Shown here: positions 9,877 to 18,684 of the stretch, in pieces
How positions within the stretch are numbered: position 1 is the stretch's first letter
Layout: every line of letters begins with the position of its first letter
Assembly: GCA_003282975.1 (NCBI GenBank)
Contig: QBYD01000002.1
Span: 18,913 to 82,912 of the forward strand
Direction of reading: 5' to 3'
DNA from: Pelagibacteraceae bacterium AG-325-C10
GTDB taxonomy: Bacteria; Pseudomonadota; Alphaproteobacteria; Pelagibacterales; Pelagibacteraceae
Length of the DNA stretch: 64,000 nucleotides
The notes under the pieces: generated by a model
What the model was told of the DNA's origin: nothing
The model's input: the letters and a program-made list of their open reading frames with translations, nothing else
The model's database searches: none
Made by a program: the position numbers and the translations under genes

Positions 9877-9893
9877 CGAATCAATTTGATTCG
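9877..9893. promoter_or_regulatory. Palindrome CGAATCAA-T-TTGATTCG (operator or 5' RNA hairpin)
   Basis: Perfect 8-bp arms, 1-nt spacer; contains GAATC and GATTC (two GANTC sites). Confidence 0.5.
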
Positions 9894-9917
9894 TTTAACT
9901 TAAACAGGGAGCTAAAG

Positions 9918-10025
9918 ATGCCTAAGAAAAGAAAAAAAGCTGCTAAAAAAACTAAGAAAAAAGCAGCAAAGAAAACTAAGAAAAAAGCAAAAAAGGCTAA
10001 AAAAGCTAAAAGAAGAAAAAGATAG
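9918..10025 (+). CDS. Small Lys/Ala/Arg-rich histone-H1/protamine-like protein, 35 aa (not in ORF track)
   Basis: Hand translation MPKKRKKAAKKTKKKAAKKTKKKAKKAKKAKRRKR*; RBS CAGGGAG at 9905-9911; tandem stops TAG TAA; downstream terminator. Confidence 0.8.
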   Translation: MPKKRKKAAKKTKKKAAKKTKKKAKKAKKAKRRKR

Positions 10026-10044
10026 TAATTTACTAATCTTTACT

Positions 10045-10087
10045 AAAAACGCTTCTCATTACAATTTGTATGGGAGGCGTTTTTTTT
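10045..10087 (+). terminator. Intrinsic terminator between the small basic ORF and carD
   Basis: ACGCTTCTCAT...ATGGGAGGCGT stem followed by T-run and preceded by A-run; its two G-U pairs form only in the + strand RNA. Confidence 0.82.
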
Positions 10088-11003
10088 ATTCGTCTAGATG
10101 TTCGTCAGTATCTGAAATAGGTTCTTCTACTGGCAATTCTGTAGAGGGAGTTTTGGGTTGAGAAGTAACAGATTGAGTTTGCCCGCCTAAATTTCTTTTT
10201 AAAGCTTTATCAAGTTTCTTTTGAGTATTTTCTAATGACACATTTAGCACAATCTGAAATTCCGACAATATTCTTTCATAAGCTTTTTCAAATAGTTGTC
10301 TTTCACTATAAGATTGATCAACCATAAGATCATCGCCTTTATTTAAATCTCTAACAACTTCAGCTAATTCATAAATTTTTCCTGAAGAGATTTTAGCTTC
10401 ATATTCTTGTGCCCTTCTACTCCACATTGACCTTTTTATTTTAGGCTTACTCTTAAGAATAGAGATACATTTATTTACTTGGTTGATAGTAGCTAAAGGT
10501 CTCAAATGAGATTGTTTGTTAACTGGAACCATACCATTTGCTTTATCCTTTTCAAATTTTATTACATAGGTCTCGACGTCTATTCCACCTATGTTAATTT
10601 TTTTAAATTCTGTAATTTGACCAACACCATGTTTTGGATAAACAATGTGATCTTTAATTTTGTATTCTCTTTTCTCGGTTTCTTGTTTTTTTACTTTTTT
10701 TATTTCAGGCTTGACCTCATTACTTTTAGAAATTCTTAAATTATCTACTTTTGGTTCCTGTCGAGTCTCACTTTTTTTTGATACTTTTTTTATTTTATTT
10801 ATCTTTGAAGAAGTTTTTTTTATTATTTTTTTAGTTTTTTTGGGTGTAACTTTCTTTGTTACTTTTTTAGTTTTTTTTGGTTTTTCAACTTTTTTAACTA
10901 CTTTTTTTGATGTTTTCTTTTTCACTTTTTTTTCAGTCTTACTTTTAAAGATTTTCTTTAAAATATTTTTCGTACTTATTTTGCTCATCTTTAAATTCTT
11001 CAT
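10086..11003 (-). CDS. carD: CarD/CdnL-family RNA polymerase-binding regulator with Lys-rich N-terminal extension (start uncertain: 11003, 10988 or GTG 10925)
   Basis: [20 protein letters not shown] (conserved Trp), [17 protein letters not shown]; directly downstream of fdxA. Confidence 0.9.
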   Translation of the reverse strand: MKNLKMSKISTKNILKKIFKSKTEKKVKKKTSKKVVKKVEKPKKTKKVTKKVTPKKTKKIIKKTSSKINKIKKVSKKSETRQEPKVDNLRISKSNEVKPEIKKVKKQETEKREYKIKDHIVYPKHGVGQITEFKKINIGGIDVETYVIKFEKDKANGMVPVNKQSHLRPLATINQVNKCISILKSKPKIKRSMWSRRAQEYEAKISSGKIYELAEVVRDLNKGDDLMVDQSYSERQLFEKAYERILSEFQIVLNVSLENTQKKLDKALKRNLGGQTQSVTSQPKTPSTELPVEEPISDTDEHLDE

Positions 11004-11271
11004 GATCCTTTGGTGGATCTTTTTTTTCGCTTATATTAGGCCAGATTTCAGAATATTTCGTATTGATTTCTAACCATTTTTCACTACCAGGTTCCGTATC
11101 TGCAGTTATGGCATCAACAGGACATTCCGGCTCACAAACGCCACAATCTATACACTCATCCGGTTTAATTACAAGCATATTTTTGCCTTCATAAAAACAA
11201 TCTACCGGGCATACATCAACACAATCAGTTAATTTACATTTGATACATTTATCATTTACAACATAAGTCAT
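10945..11271 (-). CDS. fdxA: 7Fe/8Fe ferredoxin (FdxA)
   Basis: [18 protein letters not shown] and [12 protein letters not shown]. Confidence 0.95.
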   Translation of the reverse strand: MTYVVNDKCIKCKLTDCVDVCPVDCFYEGKNMLVIKPDECIDCGVCEPECPVDAITADTEPGSEKWLEINTKYSEIWPNISEKKDPPKDHEEFKDEQNKYEKYFKENL

Positions 11272-11685
11272 CTAAGGTTTTTGATTTTGAATTCTATTCT
11301 TAATATCTCCCATAGTTTTACTGTCAATATATAAGAGGCCAGCAAGGCGTCGCATCAAATTTGTTTCATATATATCAGCATCTTCATTTGAGTAGATTAT
11401 AGACCATAATGCTTCAATTATTTTAATCTTATCTTCTTCGGCTAGGTTTTTAACCTCTCTCGTAAAATCTAAAATTTGATTTGAATTTTCTTCAATAATT
11501 TTTGCTTCTTTTATTATATTATCCAGTTCATTTTCACTAGAGCCTAGCTCTATTAAAGTTTTTTTTATTATTTCTTCTTCACTATTTGTATAATTTTCAT
11601 CTATCTTAGCTGCATGAATCAATAAAGCACAAATTTTTACTAAAAAATTATTATCTGTCTTATTGTCTTTTTTTTTAAAAAACAT
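11272..11685 (-). CDS. TerB-family protein
   Basis: ALLIHAAKIDE...EE and ADIYETNLMRRLAGLL motifs. Confidence 0.8.
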   Translation of the reverse strand: MFFKKKDNKTDNNFLVKICALLIHAAKIDENYTNSEEEIIKKTLIELGSSENELDNIIKEAKIIEENSNQILDFTREVKNLAEEDKIKIIEALWSIIYSNEDADIYETNLMRRLAGLLYIDSKTMGDIKNRIQNQKP

Positions 11686-11690
11686 AGAAA

Positions 11691-14171
11691 TTATCCAAGA
11701 TTTAAATTTTTTAATACTTTAAATGGATTTTCGCTAGAAACTTTTTTTACTGGATTTTTTTTAAACTGTTTAATAGGAATATATTTAAAAAATGTTTCTT
11801 CCTCTTTGTCAAAAATTTTATATCCCATTTTCTTTAAAAGTTTTTTAAAATTATCTTTGCTGCAACCTAAAAGATTTAACATCTCAGGTACCATTTTTAT
11901 TTCTTTGTTTTCTTTTGAATTAGAATTAATTATTTGCATGAAAAGTCTCTCTAAAATATCAATTCTAACAAATAAGTTATCAAATTTTTCAAAACCACAA
12001 AGGAGCATAAAATTTCTATTTCTAGACTCTTGATCATCTAAAAAATTAAGGCCAAAAGTAGGAGGTTTTAATTTATAATATTTTTGATGAAAATTTTTCC
12101 ACAATAAAGTTCTGAGAGATACTGCCTCAGGCTTAATTAATTGATATAAAAAAACATGATATCTTCCAAACTTAACACCAAGATCTCTTAAAATTTTTCT
12201 TTCATTTTGACCTAGTGTTTTTAAATATTCTGAAACTTTTTCTCGTTTAAGTACCCCGTTATTTTCATAAAGTTGATAAGCTAAAGCTTTAATTGAAGAG
12301 TCTTTTTCTTTAAGATTTTTTAAATCAACGAGACTTTTTAGAATTGTATTAATTTTTGTTTGTATCCATTTGCTAGTAAAATCAATTAATTTTTGTTTTG
12401 GATTTTGTTCAATGCTGTCGTCAATAATTAGTTCAAAACTTGGGTTTAAGTAATCATTTCCTGCAGACAGTTTTGCTATGGGAAAATTATTCCAATAAAT
12501 TTTAAAATCATCATTCAACTCAATTAGTCCTGTATCAATAATTATTTGAATTCTTTTTTCAAGCTCAGGCCCAATAGATTGTCTAGCAGCTTTTTTTAAT
12601 GATTTAATGTCAGTTTCTAACGCTCCTTTTTTAAAATCTAACTCTAATTTAAGACCTTTTATTTTTCCTATAAATTGATCATCGATCATCACATCGTTAT
12701 TTTCTAAAATTTCTGTCTTAAATTCCATATCCTGTTTTAAGCCTCTTGCAAGAACGCTGGCTCTTTTATCAATAAAAGTTTTTGTAAGTTCTTCATGAAG
12801 TCTATCTGAAAGTCTATCTTCTAAATGTTTTGTTTTTTCTATCCAATAATCTTGATTTTCAATCCAGTTATTTTTATTTGAAACATAAGACCAAGTTCTA
12901 ACATTTGCAATTCTATTTGATAAAGAATCTACATTTCCTTCTAATTTATCAAGTTTTATAAGCTGTAATCTCATAAATTCATCACTAATTTGACCCTTTT
13001 CACTGTTTAGAAATGAAAATACATTGCCAATAACTTCATAATGATTTCCATAAGTTTTCTTAACAAAATCGGGTATTTGGCAGCATTCCCATAATAGGTT
13101 AAGTGATTTTTTATTAAATTCTAAATTGATTAAACTTTTATCCCTTAAAAAATATTTTAAAGCTTTTTCATCTTCACATTCGTGTATTTTTCTTAACCAT
13201 TCTGTATTAGGTTTTTCTTCAAGAGATTTAATTAAACTCAATGGATTATTAAAGTTAAGATTTGAATTTCTCCAAAAAAGATTTCTTATTTCTTCAAATT
13301 TATGATTTTCTAATAGTTCAACATCTTCGGATGTAATTTCTTTACAATCACCAGTAATTCCAAAATTACCATCATTAAGATATCTACCAGCCCTACCTGC
13401 GATTTGACCAATTTCAGAGAGATTTAATTTTCTTAGTTTTTTACCATCAAATTTTTTAAGATTTGAAAAAAAAACATGGTCTAAATCCATGTTAATTCCC
13501 ATTCCTATAGCATCAGTTGCCACTAAAAAATCAACATCACCAGACTGATACAATTCTACTTGGGCATTTCTTGTTTTAGGGCTTAATGATCCCATTACTA
13601 TTGCAGCACCACCCTTTTGTCTTCTTATAAGTTCTGCTATGGCATAAACTTCTTCTGCAGAAAAAGCTATTATTGCTGTTTTTCTATTTATTCTAGAAAT
13701 TTTTTTATGACCCGTATATGTTAATTTTGATAAACGGTCTCTGTTTATAAACTCTACATCTGCATCAAGTTTAGAAATTATATTTTTAATGGTATTAGAA
13801 CCCATGAGCATTGTGAGTTTTTCTCCTCTCATATTTAAAAGTCTATCTGTAAAAATATGACCTCTTTCATGATCAGCACACATTTGTATTTCATCCACTC
13901 CAACGAATTCTAAATGTTTATCTATGGGCATAGACTCAACAGTACATAAAAAATATTTTGCATTTTGAGGTATTATTTTTTCCTCGCCTGTGATCAAAGC
14001 TACTTTATCAATACTAATTTTTTTAATTACTTTGTCATAAACTTCTCTAGCCAATAATCTTAATGGAAATCCAATCATACCAGTATCGAAAGACAGCATA
14101 GTCTCTATAGCCAGGTGGGTTTTTCCTGTATTAGTTGGTCCAAGAACAGCTGTAATTTTGTGTTTAGTCAT
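11691..14171 (-). CDS. SUV3/MgpS-like SF2 helicase
   Basis: GPTNTGKT, PLRLLARE, CTVE, DEIQ, ATDAIGMGIN, QIAGRAGR. Confidence 0.9.
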   Translation of the reverse strand: MTKHKITAVLGPTNTGKTHLAIETMLSFDTGMIGFPLRLLAREVYDKVIKKISIDKVALITGEEKIIPQNAKYFLCTVESMPIDKHLEFVGVDEIQMCADHERGHIFTDRLLNMRGEKLTMLMGSNTIKNIISKLDADVEFINRDRLSKLTYTGHKKISRINRKTAIIAFSAEEVYAIAELIRRQKGGAAIVMGSLSPKTRNAQVELYQSGDVDFLVATDAIGMGINMDLDHVFFSNLKKFDGKKLRKLNLSEIGQIAGRAGRYLNDGNFGITGDCKEITSEDVELLENHKFEEIRNLFWRNSNLNFNNPLSLIKSLEEKPNTEWLRKIHECEDEKALKYFLRDKSLINLEFNKKSLNLLWECCQIPDFVKKTYGNHYEVIGNVFSFLNSEKGQISDEFMRLQLIKLDKLEGNVDSLSNRIANVRTWSYVSNKNNWIENQDYWIEKTKHLEDRLSDRLHEELTKTFIDKRASVLARGLKQDMEFKTEILENNDVMIDDQFIGKIKGLKLELDFKKGALETDIKSLKKAARQSIGPELEKRIQIIIDTGLIELNDDFKIYWNNFPIAKLSAGNDYLNPSFELIIDDSIEQNPKQKLIDFTSKWIQTKINTILKSLVDLKNLKEKDSSIKALAYQLYENNGVLKREKVSEYLKTLGQNERKILRDLGVKFGRYHVFLYQLIKPEAVSLRTLLWKNFHQKYYKLKPPTFGLNFLDDQESRNRNFMLLCGFEKFDNLFVRIDILERLFMQIINSNSKENKEIKMVPEMLNLLGCSKDNFKKLLKKMGYKIFDKEEETFFKYIPIKQFKKNPVKKVSSENPFKVLKNLNLG

Positions 14172-14216
14172 TTCTATCTTTGGTATATCTTTTTTTCTAC
14201 CTACCAGATATTGTTG
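14171..14216. promoter_or_regulatory. Possible tandem NrdR-like boxes upstream of the helicase
   Basis: CCAGATATTG (14204-14213) fits CnAnATnTnG; CTATCTTTGG (14174-14183) fits with one mismatch. Confidence 0.3.
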
Positions 14217-14344
14217 GTGTTAAAGAACAAAAATAGACTAAAACATGACCGAATCGGAGGGTAAAAAGTTCTCATTTTACTTATTAAGTTCAGTTAGATT
14301 AGCATAAATAAGATTAATTCTATAATGGTAATTTAAAAAAAAAT

Positions 14345-16303
14345 ATGACCAAAAAAATTTGGCAAGCATCACTAAATCAAAAAAAAAATTCAATTCTTTA
14401 TAAATTTGAGCAATATATTTCTAAAAAATTTAACAAAAATTTTAATGGCAATTATCAAAAAATATTAAATTGGAGTATTAAAAACTCTCCTGAATTTTGG
14501 AGCACTTTCTGGAATTTTAGCAAAATCAAAGGAATAAAAGGGAATAAAAAAATTAAAAAATCTAGAATATTTTACAAAAATAAATTTTTACCCAAAAGTA
14601 AATTAAATTTTGCTGAAAATTTATTATCTAAAAATAATAATGAAAAAGCCATAACTTTTATAAGTGAAAATAATTATAGAGAAGAGAGAACTTGGTCTAA
14701 ATTAAATGGAAACACAAGTAAGTTAATACAGTTCCTTATAGACAAAAAGATTAAGAAAAAAGATAGAATAGCTGCTTACATGCCAAATACTATTGAAACT
14801 GTAGAGGCTTTTTTAGCCACATCTTCAATAGGAGCAATATGGTCCTCCTGTTCACCAGATTTCGGGGTAAAGGGGGTAATAGAAAGATTTTCTCAAATAA
14901 ATCCAAAGTTATTATTTATTACTGATCAATATTTCTATAATGGAAAAAAAATTAACGTTTTAGAAAGACTTTCAGAAATTTTAAGAAACATACCTTCAAT
15001 TAAAAATATTGTAATTATAAGTTATCCTGGAGAAAAATTTATAAATTATAAATTATCATTTAAAAAAAATATTTTTAGATGGAATGAATTAATGAAAATT
15101 AATTCTAAGAATATAAATTACTCTAAATATGAGTTTGACCATGAGCTTGCCATACTTTATTCAAGTGGAACAACAGGAAAACCTAAGTGTATTTGTCATC
15201 GGACTGGAGGAGTATTGATTCAACATAAAAAAGAACATCAATTACATTGTGATATTAAAGAAGGAGACAATGTTTTTTACTTTACTACTTGTGGATGGAT
15301 GATGTGGAATTGGTTAGTAAGCGTTTTAGCCTCTAAAGCCTCAATAGTATTATTTGATGGTTCGCCAATGTTTAAGAAAGACGACTTATTGCTTAAAATT
15401 GCAGAGAAAGAAAATATTACATTTTTAGGAATAAGCGCAAAATATGTAGATGCATTACGTAAATTAAAACCAAAACTAAAATATAAGTATAATCTAAAAA
15501 AGTTAAAAACTATTTGTTCAACAGGATCACCTTTATCAAACGAAGGGTTTAAATATGTATATCAAAATATAAAAAAGAATGTTCATTTAGCATCAATTTC
15601 AGGTGGTACTGATATTGTTTCATGTTTTGTTTTAGGAAATTTATATCAACCAGTGCACGTTGGGGAGATTCAAAATAAAGGATTAGCTTTAAATGTTGAT
15701 ATTTTTAATGACAAGGGAAAGTCTATAATAAATAAAAAGGGAGAATTAATTTGTAAAAATCCTTTCCCTTCAATGCCACTGAAGTTTTGGAATGATAAAA
15801 ATGATAAAAAGTATAAAGATGCATATTTCAATCGTTTTCCTAATGTTTGGCATCATGGTGATTTTGCAGAAATAAAAACAAATAATGGTTTCGTTATCCA
15901 TGGCCGGTCAGATACAACTTTAAATCCTGGAGGGGTTAGGCTTGGAACAGCAGAAATTTATTCTGAAGTTGAAAAATTTAAGGAAGTAAAAGAGTCAATT
16001 GTTGTGGGGCAATCCTGGGATAATGATGTTAGAATTATTTTATTTTTAATTATGAATTCAAAATTTCATCTTAGTGAAGATTTATTAAAAAGAATAAAAA
16101 TGCAAATTAGAAAAAATGCCTCTCCAAGACATGTTCCTAGTAAAGTAATTGTGGTCAATGATATTCCAAGAACTAAAAGTGGTAAAATTGTAGAACTAGC
16201 AGTTAAAAATACAATTGAGGGAAACAAAATAAAAAATAAAGAAGCTTTAGCAAATCCTGACGCTTTAAAATATTTTAAGAATTTAAAAGAGCTTAGTAAT
16301 TAA
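14345..16303 (+). CDS. Acetoacetyl-CoA synthetase
   Basis: LNFAENLL, WSSCSPDFG, YSSGTTGKPKCI, TTCGWMMWNWL, SISGGTD, GRSDTTLNPGGVR. Confidence 0.93.
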   Translation: MTKKIWQASLNQKKNSILYKFEQYISKKFNKNFNGNYQKILNWSIKNSPEFWSTFWNFSKIKGIKGNKKIKKSRIFYKNKFLPKSKLNFAENLLSKNNNEKAITFISENNYREERTWSKLNGNTSKLIQFLIDKKIKKKDRIAAYMPNTIETVEAFLATSSIGAIWSSCSPDFGVKGVIERFSQINPKLLFITDQYFYNGKKINVLERLSEILRNIPSIKNIVIISYPGEKFINYKLSFKKNIFRWNELMKINSKNINYSKYEFDHELAILYSSGTTGKPKCICHRTGGVLIQHKKEHQLHCDIKEGDNVFYFTTCGWMMWNWLVSVLASKASIVLFDGSPMFKKDDLLLKIAEKENITFLGISAKYVDALRKLKPKLKYKYNLKKLKTICSTGSPLSNEGFKYVYQNIKKNVHLASISGGTDIVSCFVLGNLYQPVHVGEIQNKGLALNVDIFNDKGKSIINKKGELICKNPFPSMPLKFWNDKNDKKYKDAYFNRFPNVWHHGDFAEIKTNNGFVIHGRSDTTLNPGGVRLGTAEIYSEVEKFKEVKESIVVGQSWDNDVRIILFLIMNSKFHLSEDLLKRIKMQIRKNASPRHVPSKVIVVNDIPRTKSGKIVELAVKNTIEGNKIKNKEALANPDALKYFKNLKELSN

Positions 16304-17530
16304 ATGTTAAAAGACTTAGTTAAAAGCCTTAAACCATCTTCAACATTAGCAATAAATGAGACTTCAAGAAAATTAGAAGAGCAAGGAAAAAAAATATTTA
16401 AATTTGGTTTTGGACAATCTCCATTTAAAGTTCCTACTGATGTTGTTGAGGAATTAAAAACCAATGCTCATCAAAATCAATATTTACCAATGCAAGGTTT
16501 ATCCAAGTTGAGAGATGCAGTGGCAAAATATACTTCTGTTAAAAAAAATTTTAATTATAAATCTGAAAATGTAATAATAGGACCAGGATCCAAGGAATTA
16601 ATGTTTTTATTGCATATAATTTTTGATGGAGAAATTATTTTACCAGCTCCAAGCTGGGTTTCATATGCGCCCCAGGCTATACTTGGAAGGAATAAAGTAA
16701 AGATTTTACAAACAAAAGCAGAAAATAATTGGTTCCCAACAGCAAAAGAAATTGAGGAATTTATTATAAAAGATAAAAATAAAAACTATTTATTATTTAT
16801 TAATTCACCAAATAATCCATCTGGCCAAATTTGCGAAAACTTAGAAGAAATAGCTGAAGTTGCTAATAAATATAATCTCATTATTTTATCTGATGAAATT
16901 TACTCAGAACTATGTTTTGAACAAAATTATAAATCTATTTCAAATTATTGTCCTAACAAAACAATAATAAGTACTGGATTAAGCAAATGGTGTGGAGCTG
17001 GTGGATGGCGATTGGGTTATTTCATAGTACCAGACTCTTTAAATAAAATCAAAGAAATGATCAATGTTTTAGCAAGCGAAACTTTTTCTGCTGTCAGCGC
17101 TCCTATTCAATATGCAGCAATTATAGCTTATGAAAATGATCACTCGTATTATATTAATAGATCAAGAAATATTTTAAAAGCAGTTGGTCATTACGTTTAT
17201 GAAAATTTAAAATCAAATAAAGTTTTAATTAATAAACCTCAAGGTGGATTTTATTTGATGCCAGAGTTTTTAAATAAAAAGTTTAATTCCTCAGCTGAAA
17301 TGTGTGACGATATCTTAAATAAGACAGGTGTTGCTTTATTGCCTGGATCTGACTTTGGATTTGATCAAAATCGGATGTTAGCAAGATTAAGCTTTACTGA
17401 CTTTGATGGAAAAAAATTTATGGAAGAAATTGAAGACAACACAAAAATTGATGATACTTTAATTAATGAGTTAGCCCCTAAGATAGTCGAAGGTGTTGAC
17501 AAGTTGAAAAAGTGGTCAGAATCAATATAA
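16304..17530 (+). CDS. Class I/II PLP-dependent aminotransferase (aspartate aminotransferase-like)
   Basis: NSPNNPSG, SDEIY, GLSK..GGWRLG. Confidence 0.9.
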   Translation: MLKDLVKSLKPSSTLAINETSRKLEEQGKKIFKFGFGQSPFKVPTDVVEELKTNAHQNQYLPMQGLSKLRDAVAKYTSVKKNFNYKSENVIIGPGSKELMFLLHIIFDGEIILPAPSWVSYAPQAILGRNKVKILQTKAENNWFPTAKEIEEFIIKDKNKNYLLFINSPNNPSGQICENLEEIAEVANKYNLIILSDEIYSELCFEQNYKSISNYCPNKTIISTGLSKWCGAGGWRLGYFIVPDSLNKIKEMINVLASETFSAVSAPIQYAAIIAYENDHSYYINRSRNILKAVGHYVYENLKSNKVLINKPQGGFYLMPEFLNKKFNSSAEMCDDILNKTGVALLPGSDFGFDQNRMLARLSFTDFDGKKFMEEIEDNTKIDDTLINELAPKIVEGVDKLKKWSESI

Positions 17531-17604
17531 AATCTGACTATACATACCCAATTACTTACTGTTAGAATTATAATATAAAAATAACGATACATGGGGAGAA
17601 AAAA

Positions 17605-18609
17605 ATGAAAAAAATAATTACATCTCTATCTAGTGCTTTACTGATATTAGCTGCATCATTATCATTAACTGGTGTTGCAAAATCAGCAGAGTTTTTCACG
17701 ATAGGAACAGGTGGACCTACTGGTGTATATTTCCAGACAGGTAACGCAATTTGTAAAATGTTACACAAATCTGCAATTGCTAAAGAACACGGAAGGAAAA
17801 AGGGTATAGATAAAGCTTACAGATGCACAGCACCTTCAACAGGTGGATCAAATTATAATATTGGCCAAATCGCTGCTGGTGAGTTTCAATTTGGTGTTGC
17901 TCAATCTGACTGGCAATATCATGCAGTAAATGGATCAAGTAAGTGGGAAGGTAAACAGTATAAAGGCTTACGAGCTGTATTTTCTGTTCACAATGAACCG
18001 TTTCAAATTTGGGCAAGAAAAAAAGCTAAAATCAAAAATTTTGCTGGTCTAAAAGGAAAAGTTGTAAATATCGGTAACCCTGGTTCAGGACAAAGAGGAA
18101 CTATGGAAGAGCTTATGAAAGCAAAGGGTGTTGATAACAGTTTCTTTAAATCAACAACTGAATTAACTTCATCTGAGCAAGTTAAAGCATTGTGCGATGG
18201 TAAGATAGATGCTTTTGGTTATTCTGTTGGATTTCCAAATGGAGCTATGGAACAAGCAGCAACTTGTGCAGCAAAAGCTTCTCCAATTAATTTAACTGGA
18301 TCTGAAGTTCAGGGATTAATTGATGGTGCAGATTATTATGCTAAAGCCGTAATACCAGCTGGAACTTACACAGGACAAAAAAAAGATGCTACTACTTTTG
18401 GTGTTAAAGCTACTGTAGTAACTAGCAATATGGTAGAGTCTGATCTTGTTTATTTAGTTGTTAAAGCAGTATTCGAAAACTTTGATGATTTCAGAAAACA
18501 ACATCCAGCATTTTCTTCACTTAAAAAAGAAGATATGATTGCAGATGGTTTATCAGCTCCACTTCATGAAGGTGCAGTTAGATATTATAAAGAAGTTGGA
18601 TTAATGTAA
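17605..18609 (+). CDS. TAXI-family TRAP transporter solute-binding protein
   Basis: Signal peptide, IGTGGPTGVY, STGGS..N, GNPGSG, APLHEGAVRYY; RBS GGGGAG. Confidence 0.93.
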   Translation: MKKIITSLSSALLILAASLSLTGVAKSAEFFTIGTGGPTGVYFQTGNAICKMLHKSAIAKEHGRKKGIDKAYRCTAPSTGGSNYNIGQIAAGEFQFGVAQSDWQYHAVNGSSKWEGKQYKGLRAVFSVHNEPFQIWARKKAKIKNFAGLKGKVVNIGNPGSGQRGTMEELMKAKGVDNSFFKSTTELTSSEQVKALCDGKIDAFGYSVGFPNGAMEQAATCAAKASPINLTGSEVQGLIDGADYYAKAVIPAGTYTGQKKDATTFGVKATVVTSNMVESDLVYLVVKAVFENFDDFRKQHPAFSSLKKEDMIADGLSAPLHEGAVRYYKEVGLM

Positions 18610-18630
18610 TCCAGTCACTTAATTAAATTT

Positions 18631-18663
18631 AAAAAGGCCTGATTTTTATCGGGCCTTTTTTTT
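18631..18663 (+). terminator. Intrinsic terminator/stabilising hairpin between TAXI receptor and permease
   Basis: AAAAAGGCCTGAT-TTTT-ATCGGGCCTTTTTTTT. Confidence 0.85.
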
Positions 18664-18684
18664 ATAATAAGGTATCTTTTTATA

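Noticed and set aside
10506-11073. Phe-rich plus-strand ORFs resembling membrane proteins
   Set aside because: Antisense shadow of the AAA/AAG-rich carD tail
14225-14239. GAAC-N7-GACT as an alphaproteobacterial LexA box
   Set aside because: Two mismatches in the second half-site versus GAAC-N7-GAAC; too weak
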